Shown one piece after another: positions 27,878-36,411 of a stretch of DNA of 64,000 nucleotides (position 1 is the stretch's first letter; every line of letters begins with the position of its first letter). The stretch spans positions 2,243 to 66,242 of the forward strand of contig JBMNRA010000003.1 of the NCBI GenBank assembly GCA_050944415.1, given 5' to 3'. A program made the position numbers and the translations under genes. The notes under the pieces are model-generated. The model was not told the origin of the DNA and made no database searches. It saw nothing but the letters and a program-made list of their open reading frames with translations. Source of the stretch: Ruminococcus sp. Lineage in GTDB: Bacteria > Bacillota > Clostridia > Lachnospirales > Lachnospiraceae.

Positions 27878-28701
27878 AATGTTTTCTTTAATTCTTCCCA
27901 CAGTTCTCCTATGGTCCGGTTCAGCACCGGATGACGGACATGGGATGCGATCTGATCCAACGGCTTCAATACAAAATCTCTTCTGTGCATATCAATATGT
28001 GGAATATGAAGATCTTCTGTATCCATTATCAGGTCATCATACAGTAAAATATCCAGATCCAACGTTCTGGGCCCCCAGCGGATTACCCGTTCCCGGCCAG
28101 CCTCTTTTTCAATTTCATGAAGACGATCCAGAAGTTCTTCCGGCGTCAACAGTGTCCGGATCTTCAAAACCCCGTTCATAAAATCATCCTGTTCTACTCC
28201 GCCGTAAGGACTGGTAGCAATAAAATCAGACACTTTTTCCACCTGGCAGCCTTCGGTGTTTTTCAGGGATTTCACCGCCTGATCAAGGTATGCGGCTTTA
28301 TCGCCCATATTGGATCCCAGAGCAATGTACGCCTGATGCCACCGCCTTTCGATTTCCACAGAGACCGTTTCCAGCGGCAATCCCACCGGTGCCCAAGGCT
28401 TTTTTATCTCCAGTTTTATCCCGCAAAGACGAGGCACCGTAAGCAGAAGTTCTTCCGCCAAACCTTCTACTATTCTCTCCAGCAACTGGAATGTATGACT
28501 TTCCACGTAATCTTTAATCTGATGACTCACCTCTCCGTAATGGATGGATTTCGTCAAATCATCGCTTTTCCCTGCTTCCCGGATATCTGTATAAAGCACA
28601 GCAGAAACCATAAACTTCTGTCCCAGAACATTCTCCTCCGGAAAGACCCCATGTTTTGCAAATAATTCCAGATTTTTTATATATATTTTATCCATAGCCA
28701 C
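27862..28701 (-). CDS. folK: Bifunctional dihydroneopterin aldolase / HPPK (FolB-FolK fusion)
   Basis: N-terminal HGVFPEE...IKKPWAP (FolB); YIALGSNMG, RWGPRTLDLDILLY (FolK). Confidence 0.93.
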   Translation of the reverse strand: MAMDKIYIKNLELFAKHGVFPEENVLGQKFMVSAVLYTDIREAGKSDDLTKSIHYGEVSHQIKDYVESHTFQLLERIVEGLAEELLLTVPRLCGIKLEIKKPWAPVGLPLETVSVEIERRWHQAYIALGSNMGDKAAYLDQAVKSLKNTEGCQVEKVSDFIATSPYGGVEQDDFMNGVLKIRTLLTPEELLDRLHEIEKEAGRERVIRWGPRTLDLDILLYDDLIMDTEDLHIPHIDMHRRDFVLKPLDQIASHVRHPVLNRTIGELWEELKKTLPQQP

Positions 28702-28704
28702 CTC

Positions 28705-29511
28705 TTATCTTCCCAGTATGGCTTCAGTCATCCGGATCACACGGCTGTTTTCCTTAATATCATGCACCCGGACAAAAGCACAGCCCGCCAGAACACCCAG
28801 AACAGTAGTTGCCAATGTACCTTCCACGCGCTGATCGGCAGGAAGATCCAAAGCCAGCCCAATCACAGATTTTCTGGAAGTACCAAGAAGCACCGGATAG
28901 CCCATGGAGCAGAACTGTTTCAGACAACGAAGAGCTTCCAGATTCATCTCATAGGTTTTGCCGAATCCAATTCCCGGATCCAGAAGAATCCTGTCTTTTC
29001 CAACTCCCGCTGCTTCTGCAATGCGGGCACATTCCAGAGTCTCCTCCATCATATCTTTCATAAAATCACGATAAACCGCCTGGCGCTTATTATGCATGAG
29101 ACAGCAGACAGCTCCTGTCTGCGCCACAATGCCAGCCATTTTCTCATCATATTTAAAACCCCAGATATCGTTGATAAGGTCAGCTCCTTCCGCGAGAGCC
29201 GCCCGGGCCACTGCCGATTTATACGTATCCACCGATACCGGTACATCAAATCTCTTTTTCAATGCAGCAATCACAGGAGCTGTACGCCCGATCTCCTCTT
29301 CATCAGAAATCTGCTGATGGCCAGGTCTTGTGGATTCTCCTCCCACATCAATGATATCCGCTCCTTCCCGGAGCATCTCTTCCGCATGGAATAACGCGCG
29401 ATCCATGCTGTTCCATTTCCCGCCGTCAGAAAAGGAATCCGGGGTTACATTCAGTATTCCCATAATATAAGTCTTATGTGAAAGATCAAACTCTCTGTTT
29501 CCTATTTTCAT
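28705..29511 (-). CDS. folP: Dihydropteroate synthase
   Basis: MGILNVTPDSFSDGG, DVGGESTRPG, DPGIGFGK, SRKS, RVHD. Confidence 0.95.
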   Translation of the reverse strand: MKIGNREFDLSHKTYIMGILNVTPDSFSDGGKWNSMDRALFHAEEMLREGADIIDVGGESTRPGHQQISDEEEIGRTAPVIAALKKRFDVPVSVDTYKSAVARAALAEGADLINDIWGFKYDEKMAGIVAQTGAVCCLMHNKRQAVYRDFMKDMMEETLECARIAEAAGVGKDRILLDPGIGFGKTYEMNLEALRCLKQFCSMGYPVLLGTSRKSVIGLALDLPADQRVEGTLATTVLGVLAGCAFVRVHDIKENSRVIRMTEAILGR

Positions 29512-29523
29512 GGTTCCTCCAAG

Positions 29524-30009
29524 TCAATACTGTATCCTCATATTTTTCTTTTCTTTCGCCCAGTTGCAGCGTGGTTCCGCTGGACATCCGAAACAGAGTC
29601 TGGACATCTTATCCGCTCTGTACATAAGTGTATTGAAATTTTCCCCCGCTTCTTTTCTCCGGTGGTTTAAAATAGCATCTGTAATAACCGAGATTTCCTC
29701 CGGGGAAAACCCACAGTCAGGAAGAATTTTCCCCGCAATCTCTGCGCTGGCTTTTTCATGGGGAATTCCCTGATCATACTGCAGTCTGCGCCCGATATCA
29801 TGAAGCAGCGCGGCTCCGTAGATCACATCTTTCGGTATGGAAAGTCCGGCTTCCAGCACATAAATGTAAGAAAGCCTGGCTACATCCAGAAAATGCTCTA
29901 CCGTATGCCGACAAAATTCTCTCCCCTGTTCCGCCTCCAGCAGATTTTTCAAATGTTCCTGATACAGGGGATGGTTCCAGATCCGGTTCACCCGGCTCAT
30001 ATCCTGCAT
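29524..30009 (-). CDS. HD-domain phosphohydrolase within the fol operon
   Basis: H...LLHDIG...H...D motif. Confidence 0.85.
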   Translation of the reverse strand: MQDMSRVNRIWNHPLYQEHLKNLLEAEQGREFCRHTVEHFLDVARLSYIYVLEAGLSIPKDVIYGAALLHDIGRRLQYDQGIPHEKASAEIAGKILPDCGFSPEEISVITDAILNHRRKEAGENFNTLMYRADKMSRLCFGCPAEPRCNWAKEKKNMRIQY

Positions 30010-30563
30010 CAGTCTTTCACCATATGCATAAACATTTTCTGCAGTTCAAAATCCTCTTTAAATGCCCCTCTGGTCACAGTAGTTACCGTCTTGCTGCCCG
30101 GCTTCCGGATTCCGCGCATGGTCATACAGGTATGCTCGGCCTCCAGCATAACCATCACTCCTTTGGGATTTAAACTCTCTTCCAGCGCATCTGCAATCTG
30201 AGAAGTCATTTTTTCCTGAATCTGAGCCCTTCTGGCAAAAACATCCACTGTTCTGGCCAGCTTGCTCAAACCTACCACCTTCCCGTTGGGTATGTATGCA
30301 ATATGAGCTTTTCCATAAAAGGGGAGAAGATGATGCTCACACATAGAGTAAAAGGTAATGTCTTTCTCAATTACCATTTCATTATTGTCTGCGGTAAACT
30401 GCTTTGCCAGATGTGCGGCGGCGTTTTCATGTAAGCCTCCATATACCTCTTCACACATCCGGGCTATCCGATCCGGTGTTTCCAACAGCCCTTCCCGATC
30501 CGGATCTTCTCCAATTCCTTCCAAAAACATACGAATGGCTGCTTTAATCTTTTCTTTATCCAC
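30009..30563 (-). CDS. folE: GTP cyclohydrolase I
   Basis: [39 protein letters not shown]; GTG start 30563 after AAAGGAG. Confidence 0.95.
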   Translation of the reverse strand: MDKEKIKAAIRMFLEGIGEDPDREGLLETPDRIARMCEEVYGGLHENAAAHLAKQFTADNNEMVIEKDITFYSMCEHHLLPFYGKAHIAYIPNGKVVGLSKLARTVDVFARRAQIQEKMTSQIADALEESLNPKGVMVMLEAEHTCMTMRGIRKPGSKTVTTVTRGAFKEDFELQKMFMHMVKD

Positions 30564-30700
30564 GAAACAGACTCCTTTCTTCGAAGCACTTTGTTTTTTC
30601 TGGAGACTGTTTTTCCATGTAAATAAAAAAACATCTCCATAATGTGACAGACATATGACTGAAATATCCCTACACAATATGAGATGCAATCCTATATTGT

Positions 30701-30797
30701 TGCAACGGGTGCAGATTTCATATCGTAAGACGAACTTTTCGTTTCGGCGGCAACTCCCCATCCACTGAACACTTGACGCATAAAATCCTATTTTGCA
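30701..30797 (-). ncRNA. THF riboswitch (class I)
   Basis: Minus strand UGCAAAAUAGGAUUUUAUGCGUCAAGUG...GAUGGGGAGUUGCC...AACGAAA...AUGAAAUCUGCACCCGUUGCA: P1 UGCAA/UUGCA, P2 GGAUUUUAU/AUGAAAUCU, GGG/CCC pseudoknot; upstream of folE, followed by a hairpin and T7. Confidence 0.85.
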
Positions 30798-30806
30798 TAT
30801 TATCCT

Positions 30807-31598
30807 TCATCCACCACAATTATAGCACATAGTAACAAAAGCGCAAGGAGTATCTGAAGATTTCCTAAAGCAGCAGATTTCTGTACATTTTCTCTGCTTT
30901 TGGTAGAAAAATACGTTCCGTAAATTTTTTTCTCCCAGACTGGCCACCGGCATAATTCCCAGAAGTGAATTGGTAACAAAAGCTTCCTGAAAATTCTCTG
31001 TCTCTTCCGGACGGATAACTGTCTCACAAACTGAAAAATTTCTGATGATAAACGCTCTCACCGTTCCCGGAAGCAGTCCGCAGGAAACAGAGGGGGTATA
31101 GAGTCTGCCGTCTTTCACAAAAAAGATATTCGTCACAGCTCCTTCCGTAATCTCACCTCTGGTGTTTAAAAACAGCGGTTCATCCGCTCCTTCCCTTTTT
31201 GCTTTTCTCTTTTCCAGAATATTATCCCCATAGTTGAGAGTTTTCAGATAGGTAAGCGGAGAAGTTTCATTTCTTCTTACCTGGCTGAACGCAAGATGAA
31301 AACCTTTCTCGTAATCCGCCGGTTTATAAGGATTCTCGCGCTCTGAAAACAGAATGTTCTCACCGGTAACAATGATCTTGATCGCTCCCTGATCCATGGA
31401 TCTTTCTTTCATCCAATCATAGATTTTCTCCGGTGTCAGCCATCGGTTCACTTCTTCTCTTTCTATCCCCAGCCGTCGGATTCCATGACGCATTCTGCTG
31501 ATATGTTCCTTCAGAAGTATTGCTTTCCCCTGCTCTATCCTGATGGTCTCAAAGACTCCCAGTCCGAACGCCAGTCCCTCATCCATCTCCACTTTCAT
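30807..31598 (-). CDS. pabC: 4-amino-4-deoxychorismate lyase (class IV PLP enzyme); 3' end probably frameshifted
   Basis: FGLGVFET, KTLNY, EGAVTNIF, LLPGT, FVTNSLLGI; see finding at 30925. Confidence 0.85.
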   Translation of the reverse strand: MKVEMDEGLAFGLGVFETIRIEQGKAILLKEHISRMRHGIRRLGIEREEVNRWLTPEKIYDWMKERSMDQGAIKIIVTGENILFSERENPYKPADYEKGFHLAFSQVRRNETSPLTYLKTLNYGDNILEKRKAKREGADEPLFLNTRGEITEGAVTNIFFVKDGRLYTPSVSCGLLPGTVRAFIIRNFSVCETVIRPEETENFQEAFVTNSLLGIMPVASLGEKNLRNVFFYQKQRKCTEICCFRKSSDTPCAFVTMCYNCGG

Positions 31599-32952
31599 AA
31601 ACAGCCTCCCTTATCGCTTTTGCTTTCTGCAATGTTTCTTCATACTCGAATTCTGTATCTGACTCACAGGTGATTCCGCCGCCCACTCCCAGATGGTAGC
31701 ACCCGTTTTGATATACCGCCGTCCGTATCACAATATTCAAATCACAGGATCCATCCAGAGACAGATAGCCGATGGAGCCTGTATACAGTCCCCTCCGGCT
31801 GTGCTCCAGCTCATCAATGATTTCCATAGCTCTGATTTTAGGGGCACCTGTGATGGATCCCCCGGGAAACGTCGCTTTTATCAGATCCATCAGGGACACG
31901 TCCTTTCTCAGCCTTCCTCTGACGGTACTGACCAGATGAAAAACGGTGGCGTAGGTCTCCACTGCAAAATGTTCCGTCACTTCTACCGTACCCGGTTCAC
32001 AGACATGATTCAGATCGTTGCGTTCCAAATCCACAATCATCAGCAGTTCGCTTCTGTCTTTTTCGGACTCTGCCAGTTCCTGCCGCAGTCTCTCATCTTC
32101 CTGACGGTTTTCCCCCCGTTTTCTGGTTCCTTTCACCGGTCTGGTCTCCGCCCGCCCTTCTCTGACTTGGAGAAATCGCTCCGGTGAAGCACAGACAATC
32201 TGAAAATCGCCGTAATTCAGATAGGCGCCAAAAGGCGAGGGGTTATGCGTTCTCAGATAGCGAAAAACTTCATAGGGATCCTTCCTGCTGTCCATAAAAA
32301 GCCTCTGGGTCATGTTGGCTATATAAATATCTCCCGCACGGATATATTCCATCATATCCTCAATAGTTCTCTCATACTCATCTTTCTCAAAATCCGCCTG
32401 AAAAGCAGCAAGTTTTTCGTGTCGCACTGGAATGTAATCATCCGGTTTTCTGCTGCATCTTCTCGCCCATTCACTCAATTCCCTGCAGGAATTCTCAGGT
32501 GCGGTCTTTATTCCCCTTGCCGTTATATAAATTTCCTTTTTCAGACAGTCTTCTATTATCAGGTTATCATAAAAAGTAAACCAGGCCTCGGGCATCTCTA
32601 TTTTTTTCTGATGTCTGCCCGCAATATCTTCAAATTTTCTCCCGTAATCATAGGAAAAATATCCCAGGCCTCCCGCTGCCAGAGGAAGCGCTGTATCATT
32701 TTCCTCCCGGTTGTCTTTCAGATAACTATCCAGAACCTCCTCCATAGATTCTCTCACCGGCTTTCCGTTTTTAAAGCACTGCCCGTCCTGCTCCCAGATG
32801 GTCAGACAGGGATTCTTTCCCAGAATGGAATATCGTCCCTGATCCCCTCTTAAAGAAGAATCCAGAAATACAAAAAACTGCTCTTTTCGGCTGCTTTTCG
32901 CCAGTTTTTCCAGAGGCACATAAAAATCCAGTTTTCTAACCATAGTTTTCAT
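31579..32952 (-). CDS. pabB: Aminodeoxychorismate synthase component I
   Basis: SPERFL, PVKGT, MIVDLERNDL, TFPGGSITGAPK, LNIVIRT, GGGIT. Confidence 0.93.
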   Translation of the reverse strand: MKTMVRKLDFYVPLEKLAKSSRKEQFFVFLDSSLRGDQGRYSILGKNPCLTIWEQDGQCFKNGKPVRESMEEVLDSYLKDNREENDTALPLAAGGLGYFSYDYGRKFEDIAGRHQKKIEMPEAWFTFYDNLIIEDCLKKEIYITARGIKTAPENSCRELSEWARRCSRKPDDYIPVRHEKLAAFQADFEKDEYERTIEDMMEYIRAGDIYIANMTQRLFMDSRKDPYEVFRYLRTHNPSPFGAYLNYGDFQIVCASPERFLQVREGRAETRPVKGTRKRGENRQEDERLRQELAESEKDRSELLMIVDLERNDLNHVCEPGTVEVTEHFAVETYATVFHLVSTVRGRLRKDVSLMDLIKATFPGGSITGAPKIRAMEIIDELEHSRRGLYTGSIGYLSLDGSCDLNIVIRTAVYQNGCYHLGVGGGITCESDTEFEYEETLQKAKAIREAVYESGDG

Positions 32953-33547
32953 AGCTTTCCCACCATTTCTCACAGAGTCTGATATAATTTTCCAGCAGTT
33001 CATGACCGTATTGAGTCAGTACGGCTTCCGGATGAAACTGTACGCCGTAAACCGGCCAGAACCTATGGCTTAACGCCTGTATGCTGCCGTCTTTCGCCCA
33101 GGCATCCACCTGAAGGCTCTCCGGAAAATGTTTACTTTGCACAGTCAACGAATGGTACCTGGTCACTTGAAAAGAAAGGGGCAGACCTGCAAACAGTCCT
33201 TTCCCATTATGTGATATGGCAGTTACTTTGCCGTGCATGGGCCGTTCGCCCCGGGAAACTTCAGCCCCAAAAGCATGACCAATAATCTGATGCCCCAGAC
33301 ATACGCCCAAAATCGGAACTCTCCCCGCCAGACTCTGTACCAGTTTCCTGGATTTTCTGCAGTCTGCAGGGTTTCCCGGTCCCGGAGAGATGATAACTCC
33401 CTCCAGCCGTCCCTTCCGGCTGTCTTTCAAAAGTTCTTCCACAGACACCTGGTCGCTGCGGATCACTTCTGTCCTCTTTCCGATTTCTCTTATGTAAACT
33501 ACGAGGTTATACACAAAAGAATCGAAATGATCAATCACTACATACAT
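32936..33547 (-). CDS. pabA: Glutamine amidotransferase, ADC synthase component II
   Basis: IDHFDSFV, SPGPG, GVCLGHQ, RYHSL, QFHPE; SD GGAG before ATG 33547. Confidence 0.92.
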   Translation of the reverse strand: MYVVIDHFDSFVYNLVVYIREIGKRTEVIRSDQVSVEELLKDSRKGRLEGVIISPGPGNPADCRKSRKLVQSLAGRVPILGVCLGHQIIGHAFGAEVSRGERPMHGKVTAISHNGKGLFAGLPLSFQVTRYHSLTVQSKHFPESLQVDAWAKDGSIQALSHRFWPVYGVQFHPEAVLTQYGHELLENYIRLCEKWWESYENYG

Positions 33548-33565
33548 GATTTCTCCTTTCTCCCG

Positions 33566-33610
33566 AAAAAACAAAAACCGGAGACAGACACGAATCATGT
33601 CTGTCTCCGG
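33566..33610 (-). terminator. Strong terminator in the pabA 5' leader
   Basis: 13-bp perfect stem CCGGAGACAGACA/TGTCTGTCTCCGG plus TTTTTGTTTTTT, about 10 nt before the SD. Confidence 0.8.
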
Positions 33611-33662
33611 CAGTCTTCCGAAATTTTCCGGGCACACCGTACAGGTTTTCAATATTTGTTAG

Positions 33663-33691
33663 AGCATACCATAAACTTTTTCTGCTGTCCA
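33663..33691 (-). promoter_or_regulatory. Candidate pabA promoter
   Basis: TGGACA-17-TATGCT. Confidence 0.5.
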
Positions 33692-33698
33692 GTCTTTG

Positions 33699-34196
33699 TC
33701 ACAGATATTTTAAAACAACTTTGTAATCATTTACCAGTTTCTCAAAGGAAACCCTGCAATTGGCAGGACTGGTGGAAGGCAGTCGGAATGCTTCCATCTT
33801 CGTTTTTTCCTGGCAATATTTTTTATAAAGAGCAAAGGCTTTGGTTCCTGTTGCAAATACAGCCTGAATATCCGCCTGCTCCAATATGACGTTTATATCA
33901 TTAGGAACAGGATTCTGTATACTTCCATCATCCGCTCCGCAGATATCACAGCTTGCCAGCACATCCCAGACAGCAATTTTATGTTTCAGAGCAAAAGAAA
34001 TTTTCTCTTCTCTGGTCTGTGGACAGGGACTATTGAACACCCGGGCCAGAACCGGCCAGAACCGGTTTCTGGGATGACCGTAGTAAAAGCCGTTTTCCCT
34101 GGACTTGGGCGAAGGCATGGTACCCAGCATCAGTACTCGGGATTTTTCATCAAATACCGGTGAAAATTCATGATTCACTCTCTGAAGTTTCTGCAT
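33699..34196 (-). CDS. UDG-superfamily DNA-deoxyinosine (hypoxanthine) glycosylase
   Basis: LGTMPSPKS, YYGHPRNRFW, WDVL, LPSTSPAN; ATG 34196 overlaps the res 3' end. Confidence 0.85.
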   Translation of the reverse strand: MQKLQRVNHEFSPVFDEKSRVLMLGTMPSPKSRENGFYYGHPRNRFWPVLARVFNSPCPQTREEKISFALKHKIAVWDVLASCDICGADDGSIQNPVPNDINVILEQADIQAVFATGTKAFALYKKYCQEKTKMEAFRLPSTSPANCRVSFEKLVNDYKVVLKYL

Positions 34197-36411
34197 AAGC
34201 TTCTTCCACCACCTCTTCCAGCAAACGCCAGTGACTGCTTTCAATATCGTCACTGTACTTGTCCATACAGATACAGAGCTGCCTGCTTTTTTCATCCAGC
34301 CGGACAAAGCCTCCCTGAAGTCCGTGATCCTGCAGATATTTCTTCAGGACACCGAATTTTTTTCCGGAAAATATATCAATATCTTCGCTTTTTCCGTTTC
34401 GTTTAAATCCGCCTTTCGTCTCCAGAATCCAGATTTTTCCTCCGATGCCCACCAGATAATCCGGGTAAAAAGAATGCTGGTTCCGGCCATTGTCTTCATA
34501 CACAATAGCAAAATACTCTGCTCCCTGATCGCCGTTTTTATAGAACCACTGAATCTCATTTTTGTCTTCGCAGAACTTTTCCAGTTCTTTTTCCGAAGAA
34601 GACCGTATCTCCGCAGAAGCCAGATAGCCCCGGTAAACATTCTTTTTCATTTCCTTCTGCTTCTTGGCTTTGCTGTCATAGGTAAAAATGCAGGTTTCGG
34701 GAATAGTAAAATCCACCAGAGTCTTGGCATTAACTTTCATGATCTCCTGATCCAGCATGTCCGCCATAGCATGACGAATAGCATTTTTCAGCCGTCTTTC
34801 ATTATTCAGCACAAATCCGTATACTTCACGGGTGGTTAACATAAGAATCTTTTTCCTTCCGCGTACACTTCCGTCAAAAAGACTTCTGAGAATAGTATTC
34901 ATCTGCCGGTAAGACAGGCTGACCCGGCGGCCCAGTTCCGCCACCGTATGATGATAGGCCCGCCCGTGTTTGTGGGTATCCAGAGGCTCATCAATAGTAA
35001 TTATATTCAGCCCTTTTTTTCCGGCCTCCAGCACCTCATCCAGAGTTGCTACACGGCCGGAAATCGTATAATTCCGGATACTGTCTGTAAAAATATATCC
35101 GAAAGCCTCCAGACGTTTCTGATTTTCCATAGTGCGCGAATCAATGCCATATTCCTTTTCAAACCAGGCGTAAATGGACTGAAGAGCAGTTACATCATCT
35201 CTGGTTACCGGCACTGCCGTTTTCTGCTCACTTTTCAAAGTGATCCATTTATGTTCCGGTTTCAGATGCAGCGTCAGAGCATCCAGCGCATTTTTTCCCA
35301 GATGATTCCGGACACCTTCCGTAAACTTCTCGTCCAGAGTATACAGATAACAGCTGTCCAGCAGATCATTTTCGTAGTGGACCGCCTCCGGCATCCGCCG
35401 GATCCGCCCAATGGTCTGTATTTCAAAGGTTTCATTCATATTGTCCCGCAGTTTCACCAGAATATATGCCCTGGGGCAGTCCCAGCCCGTTGCCACCGCC
35501 TGCTTGATAATCACCGCATCCTGGCGTCCGTCCGCTTCCTCGATACCTTCCAGATTTTCCTTCCGGTCAGAAAGCCAGACCGCAAGGCGGCCATTCTCAT
35601 ATGTCAGTCCACGTGTCTCCAAAAAACCTTCCACTTCTCCCTGAAGATTTACCGATTTATTGGGTATCTGAATAATAATCAGGGGATTGATATCCTTTCC
35701 TTTCTTTAAAAAGGCCGCTCTTAAGCTCTGCTGCTTGCTTACCGCCTTTTCCAGCAAATAGGAAACCTGGCTGTCCACACTGATATTCTGGGCAAAATCT
35801 TCATTAATGATCAGAACCTTTTTAATCAGCCCTTCCGCAATCACCTCCGCTTCCGGAATCTCAATCAGCAGAGCGTTCTTTACATTCCTCGGGGTGGCGG
35901 AACATCGGATAATTTTGTCCGCGTGAAAATAACTGATGATATCCTCTGCCTTAATGGTATCATTCTGGTGACTTTCGTCTACGATTATTCGGAAAGTCAG
36001 CCCTTCGTCCAATGCATGCTGAATATGTTCCAGAAAATTGGTATGTTCCCCTTCCTTCAGCGCATTATTCCCCTTCTTCGTCAGTTTCTCCCAGTTGATA
36101 AAGCAGGCGTCATTTTCCTCAAAGCCTTCCGCCAGAACATCTGTCAGAAGTTTCGTCCGGCTGCCGTGCACGTACCGGTCCATTTTGGCTTTGCTTTGTT
36201 CTTCCAGATTTCCCCGGCCCGGCGTCAGCCAGACGAAAACCGTTCTCTCATATTCCCTGCAGTACTCATCCATGAACCTGGTCAGGATAATCGTCTTCCC
36301 GCTGCCGGTGCAGCTTTTTAACACAATGTCACGTTTTGCCGATCTCATGGCATCCATCAGCCTTCGAACGGCTTCCTTCTGAAATTCAGCCAGTCTGATC
36401 TGCATTCTCAT
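34168..36411 (-). CDS. res: Type III restriction endonuclease (Res): SF2 helicase plus PD-(D/E)xK nuclease
   Basis: TGSGKT, VDESH, TGWDCP, QTIGRIRR; C-terminal FYPDY...ILETKG. Confidence 0.85.
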   Translation of the reverse strand: MRMQIRLAEFQKEAVRRLMDAMRSAKRDIVLKSCTGSGKTIILTRFMDEYCREYERTVFVWLTPGRGNLEEQSKAKMDRYVHGSRTKLLTDVLAEGFEENDACFINWEKLTKKGNNALKEGEHTNFLEHIQHALDEGLTFRIIVDESHQNDTIKAEDIISYFHADKIIRCSATPRNVKNALLIEIPEAEVIAEGLIKKVLIINEDFAQNISVDSQVSYLLEKAVSKQQSLRAAFLKKGKDINPLIIIQIPNKSVNLQGEVEGFLETRGLTYENGRLAVWLSDRKENLEGIEEADGRQDAVIIKQAVATGWDCPRAYILVKLRDNMNETFEIQTIGRIRRMPEAVHYENDLLDSCYLYTLDEKFTEGVRNHLGKNALDALTLHLKPEHKWITLKSEQKTAVPVTRDDVTALQSIYAWFEKEYGIDSRTMENQKRLEAFGYIFTDSIRNYTISGRVATLDEVLEAGKKGLNIITIDEPLDTHKHGRAYHHTVAELGRRVSLSYRQMNTILRSLFDGSVRGRKKILMLTTREVYGFVLNNERRLKNAIRHAMADMLDQEIMKVNAKTLVDFTIPETCIFTYDSKAKKQKEMKKNVYRGYLASAEIRSSSEKELEKFCEDKNEIQWFYKNGDQGAEYFAIVYEDNGRNQHSFYPDYLVGIGGKIWILETKGGFKRNGKSEDIDIFSGKKFGVLKKYLQDHGLQGGFVRLDEKSRQLCICMDKYSDDIESSHWRLLEEVVEEAYAETSESES

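Noticed and set aside
33611-33660. pabA leader as a ZTP (pfl), THF or preQ1 riboswitch
   Set aside because: Lacks the conserved blocks I recall for these classes and is too short for ZTP or THF
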